Assembly: GCA_045635225.1 (NCBI GenBank)
Contig: JAZRBV010000026.1
Span: forward strand, 71,360-135,359
Origin: Eubacteriales bacterium
GTDB taxonomy: Bacteria > Bacillota > Clostridia > Oscillospirales > CAG-272
Direction of reading: 5' to 3'
Length of the DNA stretch: 64,000 nt
How positions within the stretch are numbered: position 1 is the stretch's first letter; each line of letters begins with the position of its first letter. The position numbers and the translations under genes were made by a program. The notes beneath the pieces were generated by a model, which saw only the letters and a program-made list of their open reading frames with translations, ran no database searches and was not told where the DNA came from. Below are positions 1 through 10,834 of the stretch, in pieces.

Positions 1-2135
1 AGTGCTGATCCCATTCCGTCGAATTTTATATTCAAACCGCAATTCAAAGCTATTTTTATTGCATCAGGCATGCTTGATCCCACGAGATTTGGGACGGTAA
101 CGCGCTCGTTGACGTCATCATTCGTGTAAAGTATCACCTTTGATATGGGATAGGTAAACGTCTCACCCGGTGGCGGTATCTGGGACGTTATCCGATCTCC
201 GTCACCGACTATTTCGCAGTTAATGCCCGAGCTGCGGATAAGCTTCGCCGCGGTATCGGTAGCGAGTCCGACGTAGTTTTCAACCTTAACGTTTACGTCG
301 TCGCCGTCGGATCTGAATTCGAGGTAGGGAAGCACCTTCTCAAGTAACATGGATACGTATGGAGCCGCGACTACACTCCCGTATTTTACGGCAGAGGTTG
401 GCTCGTCTACGACGATGATGGTGGCAATTCCGTGCTCCGCGTCAGCAGAGTAGGCAACCGTGGAACCTATTCTCAGATACGAGTTTCCGTTTTCGTCAAG
501 AACGTCAAACTTCTGTGACGTACCGGTCTTGGCCGCAATGTCATAGCCTGTGACGCCTGCGTTTTTTGCGCCACCGTTTCCGTTAACACCGTCGATGAGC
601 ATCTGCGAGACAAGAGCGGATACCTCCTTGCTGACAACGGTTCTCTTTATTTCTGTCCCGTGCTCGAAGACGGTGTTTCCGCTTGCATCCAGTATTCTAT
701 CGACAACGTACGGAGTTACAAGCTCACCGCCGTTTGCTACCGCAGATATTGCGGTTATCATATTTATGACAGATACCTTGAATCTCTGACCGAAGGATGC
801 GGTTGCAAGCTCAGTTGCCCCCATGCTCCCGGGATCGTGAAAGATGCTTCCCGCCTCGCTTGGGAGATCTATTCCTGTCTTGTCGAGCAGTCCGTACGCC
901 TTTACGTAACTGTAAAAGCTTTCTGCTCCAAGCTTCTCGGATACCGATATCATGCAGGGATTACATGACATCTGCAGACCGTACGCCAGGTTGAATCCCG
1001 CACCGTGACCTCCGGCCTTATGGCACCTTATTTTCCAGCCACCGACCTCGGCGTATCCCTTGCATGAAAACGTGTCGGCGGCGGTAACGACACCCTTGTC
1101 GAGTGCGGCTGATACCGTAACTATCTTGAAAGTCGATCCGGGCTCGTATGTCTCGCTTACCGCCTTGTTGGACCACATGATCTGCATAAGCTCAGTTTTG
1201 AGCTTTCTATATTCCTCGCTTCCCACAGTCAGTCCCGAAGCACGCAATTTTGATTCCGAGACCTCATCTAACGTAAATGGGTCGTTTGGATCAAATGCCG
1301 ATGTTGTCGCCATAGCAAGTATCGCACCGCTATCGGTGTCCATAACGATACCGGTAACGCGATTGTTTACGGCGTGATTTACTCTGATCGTCTCGAGTAT
1401 TGCCTCGAGTTCTGACTGCACGTAGCTGTCGATCGTGGTCACGAGGCTACAGCCGTCCTCGGCAGGGAAGTATGAAGAATATTCGGTGTCGAGTGCATTT
1501 CCGTTCGCGTCCTTTGCGTAGACGTAGTAGCCGTCCTTTCCCGAAAGAGTTTTTTCATAATAGTACTCGAGTCCGTATAATCCTTGATTATCGCTTCCGG
1601 TGAATCCGAGAACGTGAGCTGCCAGTGTTCCTCCGGGATAGTATCTCGAGGTCGACGCCTCGGTGAATACGAGCCTTTCCAGATTGTTTTCTCGTATAAA
1701 CTCCATAACTGCGAGGTATTCATCCTCCTCTACATCGCGCTTCACGGTTACGTCGAGAACGTTTGATCCTTTTATTTTTTGAAGTAGTAGATCACTGTTA
1801 AGAGATAATATTGGTGCGAGTCCGTTTGCGATCATCGCACTGTACTCTATGCCGCTTGCTCGTTCAGCACTTTTGATATCTCGCGTTGAAATGAAAACGC
1901 GCCAGACCGTTTTTGTTGCAGCAAGAACGTTCATGTTGGTGTCGTATATAGCACCCCGCTCGGCCTTCAGAGTCGAGGAGGTCGTGACTTGATCGAACGT
2001 TTTTTCTCTGTAATAGTCGTAGAGTACGAAGTCAAGGTGAAAAATATTGAACGTAAGATATCCCGCAAACACAGCGAATGCCAGAAGTATCGCTATTACA
2101 CGACGCTCGGTAGTCTTTTTCGTATCGTTTCTCAT
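1..2135 (-). CDS. Class B penicillin-binding protein (SpoVD/FtsI-type transpeptidase with PASTA-like tail); 3' end runs off the window
   Basis: Absent from the ORF track because its stop lies beyond position 1. Hand translation of the minus strand from the ATG at 2135-2133 gives MRNDTKKTTERRVIAILLAF... It contains STFK (SxxK), SCN (SxN) and KTGT motifs. It follows mraZ-rsmH as in dcw clusters. Confidence 0.85.
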   Translation of the reverse strand, partial: MRNDTKKTTERRVIAILLAFAVFAGYLTFNIFHLDFVLYDYYREKTFDQVTTSSTLKAERGAIYDTNMNVLAATKTVWRVFISTRDIKSAERASGIEYSAMIANGLAPILSLNSDLLLQKIKGSNVLDVTVKRDVEEDEYLAVMEFIRENNLERLVFTEASTSRYYPGGTLAAHVLGFTGSDNQGLYGLEYYYEKTLSGKDGYYVYAKDANGNALDTEYSSYFPAEDGCSLVTTIDSYVQSELEAILETIRVNHAVNNRVTGIVMDTDSGAILAMATTSAFDPNDPFTLDEVSESKLRASGLTVGSEEYRKLKTELMQIMWSNKAVSETYEPGSTFKIVTVSAALDKGVVTAADTFSCKGYAEVGGWKIRCHKAGGHGAGFNLAYGLQMSCNPCMISVSEKLGAESFYSYVKAYGLLDKTGIDLPSEAGSIFHDPGSMGATELATASFGQRFKVSVINMITAISAVANGGELVTPYVVDRILDASGNTVFEHGTEIKRTVVSKEVSALVSQMLIDGVNGNGGAKNAGVTGYDIAAKTGTSQKFDVLDENGNSYLRIGSTVAYSADAEHGIATIIVVDEPTSAVKYGSVVAAPYVSMLLEKVLPYLEFRSDGDDVNVKVENYVGLATDTAAKLIRSSGINCEIVGDGDRITSQIPPPGETFTYPISKVILYTNDDVNERVTVPNLVGSSMPDAIKIALNCGLNIKFDGMGSA

Positions 2136-2239
2136 TACTGTCTTCCTGAAATAAAAAAATATAGCGACGGCGTGAACCATCGCTATATCTTATTGGGAAA
2201 AGGGGAAAATTATGAGAGAAAAGTTAGCTATTTGACAAA

Positions 2240-2677
2240 TTAATTATAGTAGGGAGCGGTTTCCTCGGCCTCGGTCTCGGTCACGTTTTCTGCAACTACG
2301 CCCTCATCGGAGGGAACAGCACCTGCAAGAACGCTTGCGCCTATTATACTGAAGGTGAGGAGGAAACAGCATGCAACTGCCGCGGAGAGAAAAGCGGATG
2401 CGGAGGTGCGGAAGGGGAATGCGCGCAGAGTTTTATCCTTGACGGGAGGTGCCTTGATGGTGAGCTTGTCGTTTACGTAGGAAACGAGCATAGCCACGGC
2501 ACGTTCGCCGCTGGTTGCGGTGCTTCGCTGTATAACGGGAAGATTAGCATCTTCCTTCTTCTGGTCAGCCTTGAGAAGCATGTATTCACCGAGAGTACAC
2601 TCGTCGGAACCGTTGATAACGGTAAATCTCTGCTTCATATTGTCGTAAAGTTTTTCGTATGTATTCTGGGGTGCCAT
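2240..2677 (-). CDS. Hypothetical single-pass membrane protein in the FtsL slot of the dcw cluster
   Basis: 145-aa ORF between rsmH and the PBP gene. One hydrophobic segment (AFLSAAVACCFLLTFSIIGASVLAG) lies near the C-terminus, followed by an acidic tail. No family recognised. Confidence 0.55.
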   Translation of the reverse strand: MAPQNTYEKLYDNMKQRFTVINGSDECTLGEYMLLKADQKKEDANLPVIQRSTATSGERAVAMLVSYVNDKLTIKAPPVKDKTLRAFPFRTSASAFLSAAVACCFLLTFSIIGASVLAGAVPSDEGVVAENVTETEAEETAPYYN

Positions 2678-2692
2678 TTTGTTCGTCTCCTT

Positions 2693-3637
2693 TTATATTT
2701 TCTCTGCCACACGCAGCTTTGCGCTCCTGGAGCGAGGATTAAACTCAAGCTCCTCTTCGGTAGGCAGTATCGGTTTTTTGTTAATTTCTTTAATTTGGGG
2801 CTTTTTACCGCATATGCAAATAGGGAAGTCCTTCGGACAAGTGCAACCGGTAGTCAGTTTTTTAAAGGTCTGCTTTACGAGTCGGTCCTCAAGCGAATGG
2901 AACGATATTACGGCGATCCTTCCGGTGGGAATGAGTGCCGCAGATGCCGCATCTATCAGCGGTGCGATAGCATCCAGCTCTCCGTTGACCTCGATCCTTA
3001 TAGCCTGGAATGTCCTTTTTGCAGGGTGTGGACCGTCCGCTCTGTTGGATGCCGGGATAGCACTCTTTATGATATCGGATAACTCGTGTGTTGTTTTTAT
3101 AGGGGCATTTGCACGGTGGCGTGCGATATAGGATGCTATCCTAGGCGCGAAGCGCTCCTCGCCATAATCGTATATGATGCGCTTGAGATCAGCCTCCGAA
3201 TAACCGTTTACCACATCGTAAGCGGTGAGTGGAGCATCGACGTCCATTCTCATATCAAGTGGGGCATCGTGCATATAGCTGAATCCGCGTTCCGGCGTAT
3301 CAAACTGATGGGAGCTGCATCCGAGGTCGGCGAGCACACCGCCGAGATTGTCTACCTGCAGGTCGCGCAGGACCGTTGCAAGAGAAGAAAAGTTATCATT
3401 AATAAATATAACGCGATCAAGATAGTCGTGCAAGCGCTCCGTTGCCGCTCGAATAGCGTTTTTGTCTCTGTCGAAGCAGATGAGTCGGGAATTCGGGCCC
3501 ATTCTCTTTGCTATCTCGAGGGAATGACCTCCGCCGCCTGCAGTGCAGTCGACATAGGTGAATCCGTCTCGGATATTCAGCGCCTCGATACATTCGTAGA
3601 GCAGCACCGACGTGTGCGAGAAGTTCGTAGTCGTCAT
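2693..3637 (-). CDS. rsmH: 16S rRNA (cytosine1402-N4)-methyltransferase
   Basis: 314 aa. Starts HTSVLL.E...L, has the SAM-binding motif [10 protein letters not shown], and sits in the mraZ-rsmH position. Confidence 0.95.
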   Translation of the reverse strand: MTTTNFSHTSVLLYECIEALNIRDGFTYVDCTAGGGGHSLEIAKRMGPNSRLICFDRDKNAIRAATERLHDYLDRVIFINDNFSSLATVLRDLQVDNLGGVLADLGCSSHQFDTPERGFSYMHDAPLDMRMDVDAPLTAYDVVNGYSEADLKRIIYDYGEERFAPRIASYIARHRANAPIKTTHELSDIIKSAIPASNRADGPHPAKRTFQAIRIEVNGELDAIAPLIDAASAALIPTGRIAVISFHSLEDRLVKQTFKKLTTGCTCPKDFPICICGKKPQIKEINKKPILPTEEELEFNPRSRSAKLRVAEKI

Positions 3638-3658
3638 AGCTTATCTCCGTGTATTGAA

Positions 3659-4081
3659 TTACAGACCGTATTCCTTGAGCACATCGCGCATCTTCGCAAA
3701 GTCGCGTGTAGCCTCGCGCTCGTTCCAAAGCTCCTCTGCCCATACGCGGATCTGCTTTCCGGCGCCGACAAAAACTACGTTTTTATCGATACCGGCATGC
3801 TTAAGAAGCTTGTCCTCAATGATTATTCTGCCACTGTTGTCGGGGGTACATTTCTGTGCTCCTCCGAGAATGAAATCTTGAATCTCGGCACCGATAGATT
3901 CGGGGAGCTTTTCGATCTTTTCAATGTAAGCATCCCAATCGTCGGCGGTATATATTGAGAGGTAAGTATCGAATTTTCTGGTGATGTAAAACACTTCACC
4001 GAGATCCTCGCGGAACTTTGCAGGCACGAAAACACGTTTTTTAGCATCAAGAGAGTGGCTGTACGAACCAACGAATGACAT
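3659..4081 (-). CDS. mraZ: Transcriptional regulator MraZ
   Basis: MSFVGSYSHSLDAKKRVFVPAKFR... is typical of MraZ, with two DxxxR-type repeats. A GGAGG lies just upstream of the internal ATG at 4081. The track ORF extension to 4195 is judged spurious. Confidence 0.9.
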   Translation of the reverse strand: MSFVGSYSHSLDAKKRVFVPAKFREDLGEVFYITRKFDTYLSIYTADDWDAYIEKIEKLPESIGAEIQDFILGGAQKCTPDNSGRIIIEDKLLKHAGIDKNVVFVGAGKQIRVWAEELWNEREATRDFAKMRDVLKEYGL

Positions 4082-4351
4082 AGTCTTACCTCCTTTACCG
4101 AAATTTTGAGTGCGAAACGGGATTATCACTACACATTTAGGGGAAAATGATACACAAACCCCCACTTCGCCCCACGTGTTTATATTATAATACATAGATT
4201 CTAAAAAATCAATAGGTTTTTCAATTTTTTTTGAAAAAAATGTAAAAAAATTCTTTTGTGAATAAAATAATCAATAAAATATAGGAAAAGCTCTTCCATT
4301 TTCGGGACTTTTATGGTAGAATGTTAAGAGAAAAGTTAAGGCGGAGTGTTT

Positions 4352-4690
4352 ATGTCATTTTTGAAAAAGATATTCGGCGTGGGTAAGAATCCCAACAGCT
4401 ATGCATTCAAGCTTGAGCGGGCGCGTTCTCTCCACGGACAGGCTATAAAATACGTGACCGAGCATAGGAATGATAACGAGGATGTTATCGGCAGAGGCGG
4501 CAGCCTTGCCGTTCACGGTGATACTTTTATAGTTGACTCCTCCGGAGACAGGCTCTTTGTATGCAATATAGCAGACCTTGAGGCATCGACTCTGATGAGC
4601 GGTGACGGCGTCATTATCAAGGGACCTAATCTTCTGGAGGATGGCAAAATGCGAACAATAACCGTACATTTCGTATATTATCGCAAGTAA
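4352..4690 (+). CDS. Hypothetical small protein
   Basis: 112-114 aa ORF (GTG at 4346 or ATG at 4352) preceded by AAGGCGGAG. No family recognised. Confidence 0.5.
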   Translation: MSFLKKIFGVGKNPNSYAFKLERARSLHGQAIKYVTEHRNDNEDVIGRGGSLAVHGDTFIVDSSGDRLFVCNIADLEASTLMSGDGVIIKGPNLLEDGKMRTITVHFVYYRK

Positions 4691-4706
4691 AAACGGAGAT
4701 GCTAAA

Positions 4707-5414
4707 TTGACGAAAATTCATAAATATCATACCACGGCAATTATTCTTGCAGCCGGCTGCAGTACCCGCATGGCAGCGGATATTCCAAAGCAGAATATGC
4801 TTATCAGCGGGATGAGCATGCTGGAAAGATGCGTATCGGTATTCAATAGCAGCACCGACATTGACAGCATCGTTCTGGTGGTGCGTGGCTCCGACGTTGG
4901 TGCTCTGACGGCTCTTGCCACGCAGTACTCTAAAATCGCATCGGTGGTATCGGGCGGTAACAGCCGCGCCGAGTCTGCTGCGATAGGATTCTCCGCGATA
5001 CCGGACGAAACTCGCTTTGTGGCTATTCATGACGCCGCGAGATGTCTCGTGACGGTGGAGATGATATCGGCTGTCGTCTGCGAGGCGTATACGATGGGAG
5101 CCGCAACTGCCGCAACACGGGTAACCGATACGTTGAAGCTTACCGATGAGGACGATGTAATAGTAAAAACGGTCCCGAGAGAGAATATGTATCGCGCCGC
5201 TACTCCGCAGGTATTCTCGCGTGAGATATATTCAAGAGCGCTGGACTCTGCAGAACTGTCGCAGGATATTACCGATGATAATATGCTCGTTGAGAGGATC
5301 GGCGTGCCGATAAGGTGCGTTGATACCGGCGGATATAATTTGAAGGTGACTACCCGTGAGGATCTTCTTCTCGCGGAATTTATACTCAAAAAAAGAGGCG
5401 AATTCTATGAGTGA
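4707..5414 (+). CDS. ispD: 2-C-methyl-D-erythritol 4-phosphate cytidylyltransferase
   Basis: [12 protein letters not shown]...IPKQ N-terminal motif. Overlaps ispF as in many bacteria. TTG start. Confidence 0.9.
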   Translation: MTKIHKYHTTAIILAAGCSTRMAADIPKQNMLISGMSMLERCVSVFNSSTDIDSIVLVVRGSDVGALTALATQYSKIASVVSGGNSRAESAAIGFSAIPDETRFVAIHDAARCLVTVEMISAVVCEAYTMGAATAATRVTDTLKLTDEDDVIVKTVPRENMYRAATPQVFSREIYSRALDSAELSQDITDDNMLVERIGVPIRCVDTGGYNLKVTTREDLLLAEFILKKRGEFYE

Positions 5415-5889
5415 ATACAGAATAGGTCACGGCTACGACGTTCACAGATTAGTCGAGGGAAGAAAGCTTATCATTGGCGGTGTTGAGATCGAACACCAAT
5501 TCGGACTTCTCGGTCATTCCGACGCAGACGTTTTGCTTCACGCAATTATGGATGCGATACTTGGTGCTATGGCACTCGGTGATATAGGAAGACATTTTCC
5601 TGACACATCGGATGAATTCCGAGGCATATCAAGTCTCGTACTGCTCGGACGCGTGGCAGATATGATGCACGGACACGGATATGCGGTATCTAATGTTGAT
5701 GCTACCGTCGTTTTACAGAAGCCAAAGCTACTACCGCATATTTCCGCTATGATCTCTAATATCGCAGACGTACTTGGCGTGCCCACCACAGCTATTAACG
5801 TAAAGGCAACGACCGAGGAGCACCTTGGATTTACGGGCAGAGAAGAAGGAATTGCCGCGCACGCAGTCGCTTTGCTCACAAAAAAATAA
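5407..5889 (+). CDS. ispF: 2-C-methyl-D-erythritol 2,4-cyclodiphosphate synthase
   Basis: [12 protein letters not shown]...[12 protein letters not shown] signature. Start taken at the internal ATG (MSEYRIGHG). Confidence 0.93.
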   Translation: MSEYRIGHGYDVHRLVEGRKLIIGGVEIEHQFGLLGHSDADVLLHAIMDAILGAMALGDIGRHFPDTSDEFRGISSLVLLGRVADMMHGHGYAVSNVDATVVLQKPKLLPHISAMISNIADVLGVPTTAINVKATTEEHLGFTGREEGIAAHAVALLTKK

Positions 5890-6078
5890 GGGGCAACTAT
5901 TTCGTCGCCCCAATCAAAGATAACTATTACCGCGTTGTATTCTCAAACTTCTTTAGCTTTAATGTCGGCGCGGGAGTCGTTATCGGGAATAGCCGCTTTC
6001 GTGGCTCTATATTATTTTATGGGTATTTATAACTTATGTCACATAATTTAGTTTATTAATAGGAAAGGTAATAAAGTT

Positions 6079-6720
6079 ATGGCAAAGATTTCTCCATCGG
6101 TTCTCGCGTGCGATCTTTCAAATCTTGCAGCAGAGGTGTTGGAAATTGAAACAGCAGGCGCAGATATGGTTCATCTCGACGTTATGGACGGAGTTTTCGT
6201 AACGAATATGTCGTTTGGCATGCCCATCATCGAATCTCTCAGAAAGAAGAGCGGCATGGTCTTCGACGTTCATCTTATGATCGTTCATCCGGAAAAGTAC
6301 GCAGAGCGGTTTATCGACGCAGGAGCGGATATTCTCACCTTCCACTACGAGGCGTGTGATAAGCCCGAGGAGCTGCTCGATCTTATCAGATCTCGCGGCG
6401 TACGCTCGGCGATATCCATAAAGCCCGCAACCCCTCCCGAAGCTATTTATCCTCTGCTCGAAAAGTGCGATATGGTCCTCGTAATGACCGTTGAGCCCGG
6501 TTATGGAGGTCAGGCACTTATTCCCGAAACACTCGAGAAGGTGGCAACTCTTAAAGAAGAGATCAAGCGCCGCGGTCTGAATGTTGAGATCGAGGTTGAC
6601 GGTGGCATCAATGCAAAGAACGCGCACACGGCTGTCGCCTCCGGTGCTGATATTTTAGTTGCCGGAAGTGCGGTGTTCAATGCTGCAGACAGACGTGCAG
6701 CGATCGATGCACTTAGATGA
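6079..6720 (+). CDS. rpe: Ribulose-phosphate 3-epimerase
   Basis: KISPSVLACD...HLDVMDGVFV...VDGGI motifs. Confidence 0.93.
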   Translation: MAKISPSVLACDLSNLAAEVLEIETAGADMVHLDVMDGVFVTNMSFGMPIIESLRKKSGMVFDVHLMIVHPEKYAERFIDAGADILTFHYEACDKPEELLDLIRSRGVRSAISIKPATPPEAIYPLLEKCDMVLVMTVEPGYGGQALIPETLEKVATLKEEIKRRGLNVEIEVDGGINAKNAHTAVASGADILVAGSAVFNAADRRAAIDALR

Positions 6721-6782
6721 TGAAAATACATATTTTCTTGTTTTGGTCTAGATAATTTAAGGCAGAATATGTAAAACTAAAC

Positions 6783-6813
6783 AAAAAAGAACTCGCATCT
6801 GCGAGTTCTTTTT
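6783..6813. terminator. Bidirectional rho-independent terminator between rpe and ruvB
   Basis: Stem AAGAACTCGCA / TGCGAGTTCTT, flanked by an A-run and a T-run. Confidence 0.8.
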
Positions 6814-6820
6814 GCTTTTG

Positions 6821-7903
6821 TCAGTTATCGAGATCGAGCGTTTTCTGACCGAATATCTGTGAGCTGACTGTGCCTCCGTTCACAAATGGGATACCGAGGT
6901 GATCGTAGGCAAGCCTTGTTGTGCATCTTCCTCTCGGAGTCCTTGCTAGGAATCCTATCTGCATAAGATACGGCTCGTACACGTCCTCTATCGTGATAGC
7001 CTCCTCGCCGATAGTAGAGGCGAGGGTGTCGAGGCCGACAGGTCCGCCATTGTAGAATTTAATAATAGCCTCAAGCATGCGTCTGTCAATATTATCGAGC
7101 CCGAGCTCGTCTATCTCAAGTGCCTCGAGCGCATATCTCGCTATCTCGGAGGTTATCGTGCCATTTCCCTTAACGAGAGCAAAATCGCGTACTCGCTTGA
7201 GAAGCCTGTTAGCTATACGCGGAGTGCCTCTGGAGCGCGAGGCAATAGCCACCGCGCCGTCGTCGGTGATTGAAATCTCTAGAATACCTGCAGAGCGTTT
7301 TACGATGGTTGCCAGCTCCTCGGGCGTATAGAGCTCAAGCTTCAGCAGAACTCCAAATCTGTCACGAAGAGGTGTTGTGAGCTGTCCTGCGCGAGTCGTG
7401 GCGCCTATCAGAGTGAATTTGGGAATGGGGAGGCGTATTGAGCGCGCACTGGGACCTTTACCGATTATGATATCCAGTGCATAATCCTCCATAGCAGGGT
7501 AGAGGATCTCCTCGACCGCCCGCGAGAGTCTGTGTATTTCGTCGATAAAGAGAACGTCGCCGTCGGCGAGATTCGTGAGTATCGCGGCAAGGTCACCCTG
7601 CTTCTCGATAGCAGGACCGGACGTTGTTCGTATGTTGACTCCCATCTCGTTTGCAATGATCGACGAGAGCGTAGTTTTTCCGAGGCCGGGAGGACCGTAT
7701 AGGAGTACGTGATCGAGTGCTTCGCCGCGCAGCTTTGCGCTCTCTATGTAAACCTTTAGATTAGATTTTGCTTTTTCTTGGCCGACGTATTCAGCCAGGG
7801 TCTTCGGGCGCAGGCAATTTTCTACGTCAGCGTCCTGTCCCGCATCGTATTCGTTTGAAACGATTCGATTTTCAAAGTCGAATTCGTTGACTTCTTCCAT
7901 CAT
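6821..7903 (-). CDS. ruvB: Holliday junction branch migration helicase RuvB
   Basis: LRP..L.EYVGQ..., Walker [10 protein letters not shown], and FIDEIHRL. Confidence 0.96.
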   Translation of the reverse strand: MMEEVNEFDFENRIVSNEYDAGQDADVENCLRPKTLAEYVGQEKAKSNLKVYIESAKLRGEALDHVLLYGPPGLGKTTLSSIIANEMGVNIRTTSGPAIEKQGDLAAILTNLADGDVLFIDEIHRLSRAVEEILYPAMEDYALDIIIGKGPSARSIRLPIPKFTLIGATTRAGQLTTPLRDRFGVLLKLELYTPEELATIVKRSAGILEISITDDGAVAIASRSRGTPRIANRLLKRVRDFALVKGNGTITSEIARYALEALEIDELGLDNIDRRMLEAIIKFYNGGPVGLDTLASTIGEEAITIEDVYEPYLMQIGFLARTPRGRCTTRLAYDHLGIPFVNGGTVSSQIFGQKTLDLDN

Positions 7904-7939
7904 ATTGATAGATATCCTTTCGGTGGAGAGTAGTGATCA

Positions 7940-8551
7940 TCAGCGGGAGAGCTTTTTCAAAGCCAGTCTGATTATCTCGCCGACGTCCGTCTTCGGGTCG
8001 ATACCCTTGATTGCGCCGATTATGCTGTTTTTATCGTATCCCAGCACCATAAGAGCCTCGCTCGCTTCGGAAATATTGCCGGAGGAAACGATAGAGACGG
8101 GGGGCGTGTCAAGTTTTCCGCCTCCGGGATTGACGCCCATCATATCCTTCGATACCTTATCCTTAAGGTCGAGAACGATCCTTGCGGCGGTTTTTGCACC
8201 TATACCGGGGGCCTTGGAAATAGCCTTGGCATCCTCAGTGCATATCGCGAGCGCGAGTCTGTCGGGTGTCATCGTGGAGAGTATGCTGATCGCCGCCTTT
8301 GGTCCGACACCGCTGACGCTCGTGAGCTGATTGAAGCATTCGCGCTCCTCGCCCGATCCAAAGCCGAACATCTCTATTCCGTCCTCGCGCACAGCGAGAT
8401 GGGTAAATAGCTTTACCTTTTCACCAAGCTTGTTGGCGAGAGAGGCAGAGGTGGTCGCACTGACCGTTAGCTTATATCCGACGCCACCGCAATCTACGAC
8501 GCATATGCTTCCGTCGCGATGTGCAAGCGTTCCGTTAACGTAGTAGTACAT
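7940..8551 (-). CDS. ruvA: Holliday junction DNA-binding protein RuvA
   Basis: MYYYVNGTL...VDCGGVGYKL... and an HhH region (LTSVSGVGPKAA, APGIGAKTAARI). Lies upstream of ruvB. Confidence 0.93.
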   Translation of the reverse strand: MYYYVNGTLAHRDGSICVVDCGGVGYKLTVSATTSASLANKLGEKVKLFTHLAVREDGIEMFGFGSGEERECFNQLTSVSGVGPKAAISILSTMTPDRLALAICTEDAKAISKAPGIGAKTAARIVLDLKDKVSKDMMGVNPGGGKLDTPPVSIVSSGNISEASEALMVLGYDKNSIIGAIKGIDPKTDVGEIIRLALKKLSR

Positions 8552-8553
8552 AG

Positions 8554-8760
8554 TTATACCTGATCACCGCTGTCGTGCGGCAAAACCTTTTTGATTGATT
8601 TTTCTACAGTCACACGTGGGAGAGTAAGATCTCTTCCGCAACCCGTGCAGACTATTCTGACGTCACTGCCGACTCTCGCAACAGAGAAAATATCGGCGCC
8701 GCATGGGTGTTTTTTCTTCATCGCCAGCCTGTCACCTACTGTGAACCTGATTATCTGCAT
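8554..8760 (-). CDS. DUF951-family small protein
   Basis: MQIIRFTVGDRLAMKKKHPCG...CTGCG resembles the DUF951 family. Start moved to the internal ATG so it no longer overlaps the upstream gene. Confidence 0.6.
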   Translation of the reverse strand: MQIIRFTVGDRLAMKKKHPCGADIFSVARVGSDVRIVCTGCGRDLTLPRVTVEKSIKKVLPHDSGDQV

Positions 8761-8773
8761 ACGGTCACCCCGA

Positions 8774-9244
8774 TTATTCGTAACGCTTAGTGTACTTTTT
8801 CGGAGCTTCTTCCGTTGAACGGTCATCTGACGTTCTCTTTTCGGCTCGCTTATCCAACGCCTTATCAGTCTTTCGTATGATCTTTTTGGCAAGGAAGGTA
8901 ATTAAAGCGATGACTGTGTAGAGAAAGGCGAAGATGACGATCGCCGCAAAATAAGAACCCTGCGTATCATCGGTTATCCTACCCGAGCCGATGAAGACCG
9001 TACAGAATGCGAGCATAAGCGCGGAAAAATGAACACAGATGCGTAACCACATTGCGATCTTGTCGTACGAGAGCACTAAATTTGCAACTGATATAACGAT
9101 TCCGAAGAGTAGTATGATAGCAAACGAGCCGAGCCCGATGCCGTTATCCTCAATTCCGACGAATGCCCCGAGCAAGTAAACGAGCAGTAGCATAAGTACG
9201 GCGTAGCCGCAGGCTCTCTCAAGGAGCTTTTCAAGTCTTTTCAT
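8774..9244 (-). CDS. Hypothetical multi-pass membrane protein
   Basis: 156 aa with about 4 hydrophobic segments and a basic C-terminal tail. No family recognised. Confidence 0.55.
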   Translation of the reverse strand: MKRLEKLLERACGYAVLMLLLVYLLGAFVGIEDNGIGLGSFAIILLFGIVISVANLVLSYDKIAMWLRICVHFSALMLAFCTVFIGSGRITDDTQGSYFAAIVIFAFLYTVIALITFLAKKIIRKTDKALDKRAEKRTSDDRSTEEAPKKYTKRYE

Positions 9245-9417
9245 ATTTTATCCTGCAATTCGAGTAAATAAATAGGTCGTTAATCGATCCTTTCAAATTA
9301 TTTTACCATATCCCAACGGATTTTGCAAGCACAAAAGAGAAAAAGTAAGAAAAAAGAGTAAAAACAGTTGGCGAATAACAAAAAACAATATCCTTGTAGA
9401 TAAACTTCAAAATCCGG

Positions 9418-9446
9418 TTGACTTTTTTAAAATAGAATAGTATAAT
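9418..9446 (+). promoter_or_regulatory. Sigma-A type promoter upstream of nusB
   Basis: TTGACT, a 17-nt spacer, then TATAAT. Confidence 0.65.
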
Positions 9447-9479
9447 TATAAAGAATAACATTTTTGTGAGGTTTTTCAT

Positions 9480-9884
9480 ATGCAGAGAAAAGCAGCCAGA
9501 GAAAATACTTTCATGCTAATATTCGAGCAGGTCTGCAAAAACGATGAGACCGCTGAGGAAATTTTCGAGAAAGCGACCGCTGTTCGCGGTCTTGAATACG
9601 ATGATTATGTAAAGCGCGTCTTTTTCGGTACCAACGAGAATGCTCAAATCATAGAGGAGACTATTGCAAAGCATAGTGTTGGTTGGAAAAAGGAGAGAAT
9701 ATCCCCCGTATCTATGTCCATACTGCGACTTGCAATATACGAGATGCTCTTTATTGACGATATTCCCGACAGAGTCTCTATCAACGAGGCAGTCGAGCTA
9801 TCGAAGAAGTACGATGACGAGAAGTCCTACGCATTCGTCAACGGCGTTCTCAACGCCGTTCGCGCAGAGCTTGCCGCAAAGTGA
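9480..9884 (+). CDS. nusB: Transcription antitermination factor NusB
   Basis: 134 aa. AREN.F..LF... and ...AINEAVELSKKY...FVNGVL are typical of NusB. Confidence 0.9.
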   Translation: MQRKAARENTFMLIFEQVCKNDETAEEIFEKATAVRGLEYDDYVKRVFFGTNENAQIIEETIAKHSVGWKKERISPVSMSILRLAIYEMLFIDDIPDRVSINEAVELSKKYDDEKSYAFVNGVLNAVRAELAAK

Positions 9885-10834
9885 TGAAGAAGGCGTTTTT
9901 AGGTCTCGATACGAGCAACTATACTACCTCGCTCGCTCTTATCGGTGAGGGCGGTGAGCTGATAGCAAACCTTAAGCGACCGCTGAAGGTCAAGACCGGA
10001 GAGAGAGGTCTGCGTCAATCCGATGCGCTTTTTTCGCACACGGTAAACCTTCCCGACATAATGAACGAGGCGCGGGCGTATTTTGAAGAATACGAGCCTG
10101 TTGCCGTAGGTGTCAGCACTCGCCCTCGCAATGTTGAGGGATCGTATATGCCGTGCTTTCTTGCCGGTATCGCATCCGCTGAGACAGTCTCTGCGGCTAT
10201 GCGTATACCGCTATACCGATTTTCGCATCAGTGCGGTCACATTATGGCGGCACTGTATTCATCGGGAAGAGAGGATCTTCTCGACGGTGAGTTCGCGGCG
10301 TTTCACGTCTCCGGCGGCACTACAGAGCTGCTTCGCGTACGTCCGGAGCACTGTGCATTCCACGCTGAGCTGATAGGCGGCACCGCCGATCTTAACGCGG
10401 GGCAGGTCATCGATAGAGTCGGAGTATATATGGGTCTTGATTTTCCTGCCGGACGTGCGCTCGAGGAACTCGCTTTGAACAACACGATGCCGATACCTAA
10501 GAAAAAGATATCGGTGAGCGGAATGACCGCCAACCTTTCCGGTCTTGAGAATATGGCGACCGCGTTGCTTCGTGAGACCGACTCGCGAGAGCTTGTAGCG
10601 GCGTTCGTCCTTGATTACGTCGCAAGGTCGCTTGATGCTATGTCACGGGCGTATGAGGAAAAATTCGGTGCGACCGAGTTCGTGTATGCCGGCGGTGTGA
10701 TGTGTAATTCCATAATTAAAGAGATGCTCTCCCGGGGGCGCCGCGCTTCGTTTGCAGAGCCGGAGATGTCTGCTGATAACGCGGTCGGAATCGCTTGCCT
10801 CGCTCGAAGAGCATATTATTCGGAGAGATCCTGA
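9881..10834 (+). CDS. Kae1/TsaD-family (peptidase M22, ASKHA fold) protein
   Basis: FLGLDTSNYTTS, an HxxxH metal motif (HQCGH), VSGGTTELL and GGVMCN. Resembles TsaD paralogs of Clostridia. Confidence 0.7.
   Translation: MMKKAFLGLDTSNYTTSLALIGEGGELIANLKRPLKVKTGERGLRQSDALFSHTVNLPDIMNEARAYFEEYEPVAVGVSTRPRNVEGSYMPCFLAGIASAETVSAAMRIPLYRFSHQCGHIMAALYSSGREDLLDGEFAAFHVSGGTTELLRVRPEHCAFHAELIGGTADLNAGQVIDRVGVYMGLDFPAGRALEELALNNTMPIPKKKISVSGMTANLSGLENMATALLRETDSRELVAAFVLDYVARSLDAMSRAYEEKFGATEFVYAGGVMCNSIIKEMLSRGRRASFAEPEMSADNAVGIACLARRAYYSERS

Noticed and set aside
3086-3958. 290-aa plus-strand ORF across rsmH and mraZ
   Set aside because: It is antisense to two highly conserved genes and spans their intergenic gap. 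It has no RBS or motifs.
4082-4195. N-terminal extension of mraZ
   Set aside because: The conserved MraZ N-terminus starts at MSFVG, with GGAGG just upstream. The extension is non-conserved-looking sequence in the promoter region.
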